This document shows, piece after piece, positions 34,206-46,200 of a stretch of DNA of 64,000 bases. The notes under the pieces were generated by a model. The model saw only the letters and a program-made list of their open reading frames with translations. It was not told the DNA's origin and did no database searches. The stretch's first letter is position 1, and every line of letters begins with the position of its first letter. Both the position numbers and the translations under genes were made by a program. This stretch comes from Eledone cirrhosa (Eukaryota), in the NCBI GenBank assembly GCA_964016885.1, contig OZ024740.1:34410001-34474000 (forward strand), in the 5' to 3' direction.

Positions 34206-37200
34206 GTTAGATGAAAGGTGTAGTGGTTTAACAGACGACAGTTAGATGTAAGGTGTAGTGGTTTAACAGACGACAGTTAGATGTAAGGTGTAGTGGTTTA
34301 ACAGACGACAGTTAGATGTAAGGTGTAGTGGTTTAACAGGCGACAGTTAGATGTAAGGTGTAGTGGTTTAACAGACGACAGTTAGATGTAAGGTGTTGTG
34401 GTTTAACAGACGACAGTTAGATGTAAGGTGTAGTGGTTTAACAGACGACAGTTAGATGTAAGGTGTAGTGGTTTAACAGACGACAGTTAGATGTAAGGTG
34501 TAGTGGTTTAACAGACGACAGTTAGATGTAAGGTGTAGTGGTTTAACAGGCGACAGTTAGATGTAAGGTGTAGTGGTTTAACAGACGACAGTTAGATGTA
34601 AGGTGTAGTGGTTTAACAGGCGACAGTTAGATGTAAGGTGTAGTGGTTTAACAGGCGACAGTTAGATGTAAGGTGTAGTGGTTTAACAGGCGACAGTTAG
34701 ATGTAAGGTGTAGTGGTTTAACAGACGACAGTTAGATGTAAGGTGTTGTGGTTTAACAGACGACAGTTAGATGTAAGGTGTAGTGGTTTAACAGACGACA
34801 GTTAGATGTAAGGTGTAGTGGTTTAACAGACGACAGTTAGATGTAACGTGTAGTGGTTTAACAGACGACAGTTAGATGTAAGGTGTAGTGGTTTAACAGG
34901 CGACAGTTAGATGTAAGGTGTAGTGGTTTAACAGGCGACAGTTAGATGTAAGGTGTAGTGGTTTAACAGGCGACAGTTAGATGTAAGGTGTAGTGGTTTA
35001 ACAGACGACAGTTAGATGTAAGGTGTTGTGGTTTAACAGACGATAGTTAGATGTAAGGTGTAGTGGTTTAACAGAAGACAGTTAGATGTAAGGTGTAGTG
35101 GTTTAACAGACGACAGTTAGATGTAAGGTGCAGTGGTTTAACAGACGACAGTTAGATGTAAGGTGCAGTGGTTTAACAGACGACAGTTAGATGTAAGGTG
35201 CAGTGGTTTAACAGACGACAGTTAGATGTAAGGTGTAGTGGTTTAACAGACGACAGTTAGATGTAAGGTGCAGTGGTTTAACAGACGACAGTTAGATGTA
35301 AGGTGCAGTGGTTTAACAGACGACAGTTAGATGTAAGGTGCAGTGGTGTAACAGACGACAGTTAGATGTAAGGTGTAGTGGTTTAACAGACGACAGTTAG
35401 ATGTAAGGTGTAGTGGTTTAACAGAAGACAGTTAGATGTAAGGTGTAGTGGTTTAACAGACGACAGTTAGATGTAAGGTGTTGTGGTTTAACAGACGACA
35501 GTTAGATGTAAGGTGTAGTGGTTTAACAGAAGACAGATGTAAGGTGTAGTGGTTTAACAGAAGACAGTTAGATGTAAGGTGTTGTGGTTTAACAGACGAC
35601 AGTTAGATGTAAGGTGTAGTGGTTTAACAGAAGACAGTTAGATGTAAGGTGTAGTGGTTTAACAGACGACAGTTAGATGTAAGGTGTTGTGGTTTAACAG
35701 ACGACAGTTAGATGTAAGGTGTAGTGGTTTAACAGAAGACGGTTAAATGTAAGGTGTAGTGGTTTAACAGACGACAGTTAGATGTAAGGTGTTGTGGTTT
35801 AACAGACGACAGTTAAATGAAAGGTGTAGTGGTTTAACAGAAGACAGATGTAAGGTGTAGTGGTTTAACAGGCGGCAGTTAGATGTAAGGTGTAGTGGTT
35901 CAACAGACGACAGTTAAATGTAAGGTGTTGTGGTTTAACAGGTGATAGTTAGATGTAAGGTGCAGTGGTTTAACAGACGGCAGTTAGATGTAAGGTGTAG
36001 TGGTTTAATAGGCGACAGTTAGATGTAAGGTGTTGTGGTTTAACAGGAGGCAGTTACATGTAAGGTGTAGTGGTTTATCAGGCGACAGTTAGATGTAAGG
36101 AGTTGCGGTTTAACAGGCGACAGTTAGATGTAAAGTGTAGTGGTTTAATAGGCGACAGTTAGATGTAAGATGTAGTGGTTTAATAGGCGACAGTTAGATG
36201 TAAGGTGTTGTGGTTTAACAGGCGACAGTTAGATGTAAGGTGTTGTGGTTTAACGAGGTGACAGTTAGATGTAAGGTGTTGTGGTTTAACAGGGGACAGT
36301 TAGATGTAAGGTGTTGTGGTTCAACAGACGAGAGTTAAATGTAAGGTGTTGTGGTTTAATAGGCGACAGTTAGAGGTAAGGTGTTGTCGTTTAACAGACG
36401 TCAGTTAGATGTAAGGTGTTGTGGTTTAACAGGTGACAGTTAGATGTAAGGTGTTGTGGTTTAACAGGTGACAGTTAGATGTAAGGTGTTGTGGTTTAAC
36501 AGGCGACAGTGAGATGTAAGGTGTTGTGGTTTAACAGGTGACAGTTCAGATGTAAGGTGTTGTGGTTTAACAGACGACAGTTAGATGTAAGGTGTTGTGT
36601 TTCAACAGGCGACAGTTAGATGTAAGGTGTTGTGGTTAACAGGTGACAGTTGTATGTAAGTTGTTGTGGTTTAACAGGCGACAGTTAGATGTATTGTGTT
36701 GTGGTTTAACAGGCGACAGTTAGATGTAAGGTGTTGTGGTTTTACAGACGTCAGTTAGATGTAAGGTGTTGTGGTTCAACAGACGAGAGATAATGTAAGT
36801 TATTGTGGTTTAACAGACGACAGTTAGATGTAATGTGTTGTTTAACAGACGTTAGTTAGATGTAAGGTGTAGTGGTTTCACAGGTGACAGTTAGATGTAA
36901 GGTGTTGTCGTTTAACAGGCGACAGTTAGATGTAAGGTATAGTGGTTTAACAGGCGAGAGTTAGATGTAAGGTGTTGTGGTTTAACAGGCGACAGTTAGA
37001 TGTATGGTGTTGTGGTTTAACAGGTGACAGTTAGATGTAAGGTGTTGTGGTTTAACAGACGACAGTGAGATGTAAGGTGTTGTGGTTCAAACAGGCGACA
37101 GTGAGATGTAAGGTGTAGTGGTTTAACAGGTGACAGTTAGAAGTATGGTGTTGTTGTTAAACAGTCGACAGTTAGATGGAAGGTGTTGTGATTTAACAGG

Positions 37201-40200
37201 TGACAGTTAGATGTAAGGTATAGTGGTTTAACAGGCGACAGTGAGATGTAAGGTGTTGTGGTTCAACAGGCGACAGTTAGATGTAAGGTGTTGTGGTTTA
37301 ACAGGTGACAGTTAGATGTAAGGTGTAGAGGTTTAACAGACGACAGTTAGATGTAAGGTGTTGTGGTGTAACAGACGACAGTTAAATGTAAGGTGTTGTG
37401 GTTTAACAGGTGATAGTTAGATGTAAGGTGTAGTGGTTTAATAGACGGCAGTTAGATGTAAGGTGTTTCAGTTTAACAGGCGACAGTTAGATGTAAGGTG
37501 TAGTGGTTTAACAGGCGACAGTTAGATGTAAGGTGTTGTGGTTTAACAGACGACAGTTAGATGAAAGGTGTAGTGGTTTAACAGACGACAGTTAGATCAA
37601 AGGTGTTGTGGTTTAACAGACGACAGTTAGATGTAAGGTGTAGTGGTTTAACAGGTGACAGTTAGATGTAAGGTGTTGTGGTTTAACAGACGACAGTTAG
37701 ATGTAAGGTGTAGTGGTTTAACAGACGACAGTTACATGTAAGGTGTAGTGGTTTAACAGGTGACAGTTAGATGTAAGGTGTAGTGGTTTAACAGGCAACA
37801 GTTAGATGTAATGTGCTGTGGTTTAACAGGCGACAGTTAGATGTAAAGTGTTGTGGTTTAACAGGTGACAGTTAGATGTAAGGTGTAGAGGTTTAACAGA
37901 CGACAGTTAGATGTAAGGTGTTGTGGTGTAACAGGCGACAGTTAGATGTAAGGTGTAGTGGTTCAACAGACGACAGTTAAATGTAAGGTGTTGTGGTTTA
38001 ACAGACGGCAGTTAGATGTAAGGTGTAGTGGTTTAATAGGCGACAGTTAGATGTAAGGTGTTGTGGTTTAACAGGAGACAGTTACATGTAAGGTGTAGTG
38101 GTTTATCAGGCGAAGTTAGATGTAAGGTGTTGTGGTTCAACAGACGAGAGTTAAATGTAAGTTATTGTGGTTTAATAGACGACAGTTAGATGTAATGTGT
38201 TGTTTAACAGACGTTAGTTAGATGTAAGGTGTAGTGGTTTCACAGGTGACAGTTAGATGTAAGGCGTTGTCGTTTAACAGGCGACAGTTATATGTAAGGT
38301 GTTGTGGTTTAACAGGCGACAGTTAGATGTATGGTGTTGTGGTTTAACAGGTGACAGTTAGATGTAAGGTGTTGTGGTTTAACAGGCGACAGTTAGATGT
38401 AAGGTGTTGTGGTTCAAACAGGCGACAGTGAGATGTAAGGTGTAGTGGTTTAACAGGTGACAGTTAGAAGTATGGTGTTGTTGTTAAACAGTCGACAGTT
38501 AGATGGAAGGTGTTGTGGTTTAACAGGTGACAGTTAGATGTAAGGTATAGTGGTTTAACAGGCGACAGTTAGATGTAAGGTGTTGTGGTTTAACAGGCGA
38601 CAGTCAGATGTAAGGTGTTGTGGTTCAACAGGCGACAGTTAGATGTAAGGTGTTGTGGTTTAACAGGTGACAGTTAGATGTAAGGTGTAGAGGTTTAACA
38701 GACGACAGTTAGATGTAAGGTGTTGTGGTGTAACAGACGACAGTTAAATGTAAGGTGTTGTGGTTTAACAGGTGATAGTTAGATGTAAGGTGTAGTGGTT
38801 TAACAGGCGACAGTTAGATGTAAGGTGTTGTGGTTTAACAGACGACAGTTAGATGAAAGGTGTAGTGGTTTAACAGACGACAGTTAGATGTAAGGTGTAG
38901 TGGTTTAACAGGTGACAGTTAGATGTAAGGTGTTGTGGTTTAACAGACGACAGTTAGATGTAAGGTGTAGTGGTTTAACAGGTGACAGTTAGATGTAAGG
39001 TGTAGTGGTTTAACAGGTGACAGTTAGATGTAAGGTGTTGTGGTTTAACAGACGACAGTTACATGTAAGGTGTAGTGGTTTAACAGGTGACAGTTAGATG
39101 TAAGGTGTAGTGGTTTAACAGGCAACAGTTAGATGTAATGTGTTGTGGTTTAACAGGCAACAGTTAGATGTAAAGTGTTGTGGTTTAAGAGGTGACAGTT
39201 AGATGTAAGGTGTAGAGGTTTAACAGACGGCAGTTAGATGTAAGGTGTTGTGGTGTAACAGGCGACAGTTAGATGTAAGGAGTAGTGGTTCAACAGACGA
39301 CGGTTAAATGTAAGGTGTTGTGGTTTAACAGTTGATAGTTATATGTAAGGTGCAGTGGTTTAACAGACGGCAGTTAGATGTAAGGTGTAGTGGTTTAATA
39401 GGCGACAGTTAGATGTAAGGTGTTGCGGTTTAACAGGAGACAGTTAGATGTAAGGTGTAGTGGTTTATCAGGCGACAGTTAGATGTAAGGTGTAGTGGTT
39501 TAACAGACGACAGTTACATGTAAGGTGTAGTGGTTTAACAGGTGACAGTTAGATGTAAGGTGTAGTGGTTTAACAGGCAACAGTTAGATGTAATGTGCTG
39601 TGGTTTAACAGGCGACAGTTAGATGTAAAGTGTTGTGGTTTAACAGGTGACAGTTAGATGTAAGGTGTAGAGGTTTAACAGACGACAGTTAGATGTAAGG
39701 TGTTGTGGTGTAACAGGCGACAGTTAGATGTAAGGTGTAGTGGTTCAACAGACGACAGTTAAATGTAAGGTGTTGTGGTTTAACAGACGGCAGTTAGATG
39801 TAAGGTGTAGTGGTTTAATAGGCGACAGTTAGATGTAAGGTGTTGTGGTTTAACAGGAGACAGTTACATGTAAGGTGTAGTGGTTTATCAGGCGAAGTTA
39901 GATGTAAGGTGTTGTGGTTCAACAGACGAGAGTTAAATGTAAGTTATTGTGGTTTAATAGACGACAGTTAGATGTAATGTGTTGTTTAACAGACGTTAGT
40001 TAGATGTAAGGTGTAGTGGTTTCACAGGTGACAGTTAGATGTAAGGCGTTGTCGTTTAACAGGCGACAGTTATATGTAAGGTGTTGTGGTTTAACAGGCG
40101 ACAGTTAGATGTATGGTGTTGTGGTTTAACAGGTGACAGTTAGATGTAAGGTGTTGTGGTTTAACAGGCGACAGTTAGATGTAAGGTGTTGTGGTTCAAA

Positions 40201-43200
40201 CAGGCGACAGTGAGATGTAAGGTGTAGTGGTTTAACAGGTGACAGTTAGAAGTATGGTGTTGTTGTTAAACAGTCGACAGTTAGATGGAAGGTGTTGTGG
40301 TTTAACAGGTGACAGTTAGATGTAAGGTATAGTGGTTTAACAGGCGACAGTTAGATGTAAGGTGTTGTGGTTTAACAGGCGACAGTCAGATGTAAGGTGT
40401 TGTGGTTCAACAGGCGACAGTTAGATGTAAGGTGTTGTGGTTTAACAGGTGACAGTTAGATGTAAGGTGTAGAGGTTTAACAGACGACAGTTAGATGTAA
40501 GGTGTTGTGGTGTAACAGACGACAGTTAAATGTAAGGTGTTGTGGTTTAACAGGTGATAGTTAGATGTAAGGTGTAGTGGTTTAACAGGCGACAGTTAGA
40601 TGTAAGGTGTTGTGGTTTAACAGACGACAGTTAGATGAAAGGTGTAGTGGTTTAACAGACGACAGTTAGATGTAAGGTGTAGTGGTTTAACAGGTGACAG
40701 TTAGATGTAAGGTGTTGTGGTTTAACAGACGACAGTTAGATGTAAGGTGTAGTGGTTTAACAGGTGACAGTTAGATGTAAGGTGTAGTGGTTTAACAGGT
40801 GACAGTTAGATGTAAGGTGTTGTGGTTTAACAGACGACAGTTACATGTAAGGTGTAGTGGTTTAACAGGTGACAGTTAGATGTAAGGTGTAGTGGTTTAA
40901 CAGGCAACAGTTAGATGTAATGTGTTGTGGTTTAACAGGCAACAGTTAGATGTAAAGTGTTGTGGTTTAAGAGGTGACAGTTAGATGTAAGGTGTAGAGG
41001 TTTAACAGACGGCAGTTAGATGTAAGGTGTTGTGGTGTAACAGGCGACAGTTAGATGTAAGGAGTAGTGGTTCAACAGACGACGGTTAAATGTAAGGTGT
41101 TGTGGTTTAACAGTTGATAGTTATATGTAAGGTGCAGTGGTTTAACAGACGGCAGTTAGATGTAAGGTGTAGTGGTTTAATAGGCGACAGTTAGATGTAA
41201 GGTGTTGCGGTTTAACAGGAGACAGTTAGATGTAAGGTGTAGTGGTTTATCAGGCGAGGTAAGATGTAAGGTGTAGTGGTTTAATAGGCGACAGTTAGAT
41301 GTAAGGAGTTGCGGTTTAACAGGCGACAGTTAGATGTAAAGTGTAGTGGTTTAACAGGCGACAGTTATATGTAAGATGTAGTGGTTTAATAGGCGACGGT
41401 TAGATGTAAGGTGTTGTGGTTTAACAGGCGACAGTTAGATGTAAGGTGTTGTGGTTTAACAGGTGACAGTTAGATGTAAGATGTTGTGGTTTAACAGGGG
41501 ACAGTTAGATGTAAGGTGTTGTGGTTCAACAGACGAGAGTTAAATGTAAGGTGTTGTGGTTTAATAGGCGACAGTTAGAGGTAAGGTGTTGTCGTTTAAC
41601 AGACGTCAGTTAGATGTAAGGTGTTGTGGTTTAACAGGTGACAGTTAGATGTAAGGTGTTGTGGTTTAACAGGCGACAGTGAGATGTAAGGTGTTGTGGT
41701 TTAACAGGTGACAGTTCAGATGTAAGGTGTTGTGGTTTAACAGACGACATTTAGATGTAAGGTGTTGTGTTTCAACAGGCGACAGTTAGATGTAAGGTGT
41801 TGTGGTTTAACAGGTGACAGTTGTATGTAAGTTGTTGTGGTTTAACAGGCGACAGTTAGATGTATGGTGTTGTGGTTTAACAGGCGACAGTTAGATGTAA
41901 GGTGCTGTGGTTTAACAGACGTCAGTTAGATGTAAGGTGTTGTGGTTCAAGAGGCGACAGTTAGATGTAAGGTGTTGTGGTTTAACAGGTGACAGTTAGA
42001 TGTAAGGTGTAGAGGTTTAACAGACGACAGTTAGATGTAAGGTGTTGTGGTGTAACAGACGACAGTTAAATGTAAGGTGTTGTGGTTTAACAGGTGATAG
42101 TTAGATGTAAGGTGTAGTGGTTTAATAGACGGCAGTTAGATGTAAGGTGCAGTGGTTTAATAGGCGACAGTTAGATGTAAGGTGTTTCAGTTTAACAGGC
42201 GACAGTTAGATGTAAGGTGTAGTGGTTTAACAGGCGACAGTTAGATGTAAGGTGTTGTGGTTTAACAGACGACAGTTAGATGAAAGGTGTAGTGGTTTAA
42301 CAGACGACAGTTAGATCAAAGGTGTTGTGGTTTAACAGACGACAGTTAGATGTAAGGTGTAGTGGTTTAACAGGTGACAGTTAGATGTAAGGTGTTGTGG
42401 TTTAACAGGCAACAGTTAGATGTAATGTGCTGTGGTTTAACAGACGACAGTTAGATCAAAGGTGTTGTGGTTTAACAGGTGACAGTTAGATGTAAGGTGT
42501 TGTGGTTTAACAGACGACAGTTAGATGTAAGGTGTAGTGGTTTAACAGACGACAGTTAGATGTAAGGTGTTGTGGTTTAACAGGCAACAGTTAGATGTAA
42601 TGTGCTGTGGTTTAACAGGCGACAGTTAGATGTAATGTGTTGTGGTTTAACAGGCAACAGTTAGATGTAAAGTGTTGTGGTTTAACAGGTGACAGTTAGA
42701 TGTAAGGTGTAGAGGTTTAACAGACGACAGTTAGATGTAAGGTGTTGTGGTGTAACAGGCGACAGTTAGATGTAAGGTGTAGTGGTTCAACAGACGACAG
42801 TTAAATGTAAGGTGTTGTGGTTTAACAGACGGCAGTTAGATGTAAGGTGTAGTGGTTTAATAGGCGACAGTTAGATGTAAGGTGTTGTGGTTTAACAGGA
42901 GACAGTTACATGTAAGGTGTAGTGGTTTATCAGGCGAAGTTAGATGTAAGGTGTTGTGGTTCAACAGACGAGAGTTAAATGTAAGTTATTGTGGTTTAAT
43001 AGACGACAGTTAGATGTAATGTGTTGTTTAACAGACGTTAGTTAGATGTAAGGTGTAGTGGTTTCACAGGTGACAGTTAGATGTAAGGTGTTGTCGTTTA
43101 ACAGGCGACAGTTAGATGTAAGGTATAGTGGTTTAACAGGCGAGAGTTAGATGTAAGGTGTTGTGGTTAAACAGGCGACAGTTAGATGTATGGTGTTGTG

Positions 43201-46200
43201 GTTTAACAGGTGACAGTTAGATGTAAGGTGTTGTGGTTTAACAGGCGACAGTGAGATGTAAGGTGTTGTGGTTCAAATAGGCGACAGTGAGATGTAAGGT
43301 GTAGTGGTTTAACAGGTGACAGTTAGAAGTATGGTGTTGTTGTTAAACAGTCGACAGTTAGATGGAAGGTGTTGTGGTTTAACAGGTGACAGTTAGATGT
43401 AAGGTATAGTGGTTTAACAGGCGAGAGTTAGATGTAAGGTGTTGTGGTTTAACAGGCGACAGTTAGATGTATGGTGTTGTGGTTTAACAGGTGACAGTTA
43501 GATGTAAGGTGTTGTGGTTTAACAGACGACAGTGAGATGTAAGGTGTTGTGGTTCAAACAGGCGACAGTGAGATGTAAGGTGTAGTGGTTTAACAGGTGA
43601 CAGTTAGAAGTATGGTGTTGTTGTTAAACAGTCGACAGTTAGATGGAAGGTGTTGTGGTTTAACAGGTGACAGTTAGATGTAATGTATAGTGGTTTAACA
43701 GGCGACAGTGAGATGTAAGGTGTTGTGGTTCAACAGGCGACAGTTAGATGTAAGGTGTTGTGGTTTAACAGGTGACAGTTAGATGTAAGGTGTAGAGGTT
43801 TAACAGACGACAGTTAGATGTAAGGTGTTGTGGTGTAACAGACGACAGTTAAATGTAAGGTGTTGTGGTTTAACAGGTGATAGTTAGATGTAAGGTGTAG
43901 TGGTTTAATAGACGGCAGTTAGATGTAAGGTGTTTCAGTTTAACAGGCGACAGTTAGATGTAAGGTGTAGTGGTTTAACAGGCGACAGTTAGATGTAAGG
44001 TGTTGTGGTTTAACAGACGACAGTTAGATGAAAGGTGTAGTGGTTTAACAGACGACAGTTAGATCAAAGGTGTTGTGGTTTAACAGACGACAGTTAGATG
44101 TAAGGTGTAGTGGTTTAACAGGTGACAGTTAGATGTAAGGTGTTGTGGTTTAACAGACGACAGTTAGATGTAAGGTGTAGTGGTTTAACAGACGACAGTT
44201 ACATGTAAGGTGTAGTGGTTTAACAGGTGACAGTTAGATGTAAGGTGTAGTGGTTTAACAGGCAACAGTTAGATGTAATGTGCTGTGGTTTAACAGGCGA
44301 CAGTTAGATGTAAAGTGTTGTGGTTTAACAGGTGACAGTTAGATGTAAGGTGTAGAGGTTTAACAGACGACAGTTAGATGTAAGGTGTTGTGGTGTAACA
44401 GGCGACAGTTAGATGTAAGGTGTAGTGGTTCAACAGACGACAGTTAAATGTAAGGTGTTGTGGTTTAACAGACGGCAGTTAGATGTAAGGTGTAGTGGTT
44501 TAATAGGCGACAGTTAGATGTAAGGTGTTGTGGTTTAACAGGAGACAGTTACATGTAAGGTGTAGTGGTTTATCAGGCGAAGTTAGATGTAAGGTGTTGT
44601 GGTTCAACAGACGAGAGTTAAATGTAAGTTATTGTGGTTTAATAGACGACAGTTAGATGTAATGTGTTGTTTAACAGACGTTAGTTAGATGTAAGGTGTA
44701 GTGGTTTCACAGGTGACAGTTAGATGTAAGGCGTTGTCGTTTAACAGGCGACAGTTAGATGTAAGGTGTTGTGGTTTAACAGGCGACAGTTAGATGTATG
44801 GTGTTGTGGTTTAACAGGTGACAGTTAGATGTAAGGTGTTGTGGTTTAACAGGCGACAGTTAGATGTAAGGTGTTGTGGTTCAAACAGGCGACAGTGGGA
44901 TGTAAGGTGTAGTGGTTTAACAGGTGACAGTTAGAAGTATGGTGTTGTTGTTAAACAGTCGACAGTTAGATGGAAGGTGTTGTGGTTTAACAGGTGACAG
45001 TTAGATGTAAGGTATAGTGGTTTAACAGGCGACAGTTAGATGTAAGGTGTTGTGGTTTAACAGGCGACAGTCAGATGTAAGGTGTTGTGGTTCAACAGGC
45101 GACAGTTAGATGTAAGGTGTTGTGGTTTAACAGGTGACAGTTAGATGTAAGGTGTAGAGGTTTAACAGACGACAGTTAGATGTAAGGTGTTGTGGTGTAA
45201 CAGACGACAGTTAAATGTAAGGTGTTGTGGTTTAACAGGTGATAGTTAGATGTAAGGTGTAGTGGTTTAACAGGCGACAGTTAGATGTAAGGTGTTGTGG
45301 TTTAACAGACGACAGTTAGATGAAAGGTGTAGTGGTTTAACAGACGACAGTTAGATGTAAGGTGTAGTGGTTTAACAGGTGACAGTTAGATGTAAGGTGT
45401 TGTGGTTTAACAGACGACAGTTAGATGTAAGGTGTAGTGGTTTAACAGGTGACAGTTAGATGTAAGGTGTAGTGGTTTAACAGGTGACAGTTAGATGTAA
45501 GGTGTTGTGGTTTAACAGACGACAGTTACATGTAAGGTGTAGTGGTTTAACAGGTGACAGTTAGATGTAAGGTGTAGTGGTTTAACAGGCAACAGTTAGA
45601 TGTAATGTGTTGTGGTTTAACAGGCAACAGTTAGATGTAAAGTGTTGTGGTTTAAGAGGTGACAGTTAGATGTAAGGTGTAGAGGTTTAACAGACGGCAG
45701 TTAGATGTAAGGTGTTGTGGTGTAACAGGCGACAGTTAGATGTAAGGAGTAGTGGTTCAACAGACGACGGTTAAATGTAAGGTGTTGTGGTTTAACAGTT
45801 GATAGTTATATGTAAGGTGCAGTGGTTTAACAGACGGCAGTTAGATGTAAGGTGTAGTGGTTTAATAGGCGACAGTTAGATGTAAGGTGTTGCGGTTTAA
45901 CAGGAGACAGTTAGATGTAAGGTGTAGTGGTTTATCAGGCGAGGTAAGATGTAAGGTGTAGTGGTTTAATAGGCGACAGTTAGATGTAAGGAGTTGCGGT
46001 TTAACAGGCGACAGTTAGATGTAAAGTGTAGTGGTTTAACAGGCGACAGTTATATGTAAGATGTAGTGGTTTAATAGGCGACGGTTAGATGTAAGGTGTT
46101 GTGGTTTAACAGGCGACAGTTAGATGTAAGGTGTTGTGGTTTAACAGGTGACAGTTAGATGTAAGATGTTGTGGTTTAACAGGGGACAGTTAGATGTAAG

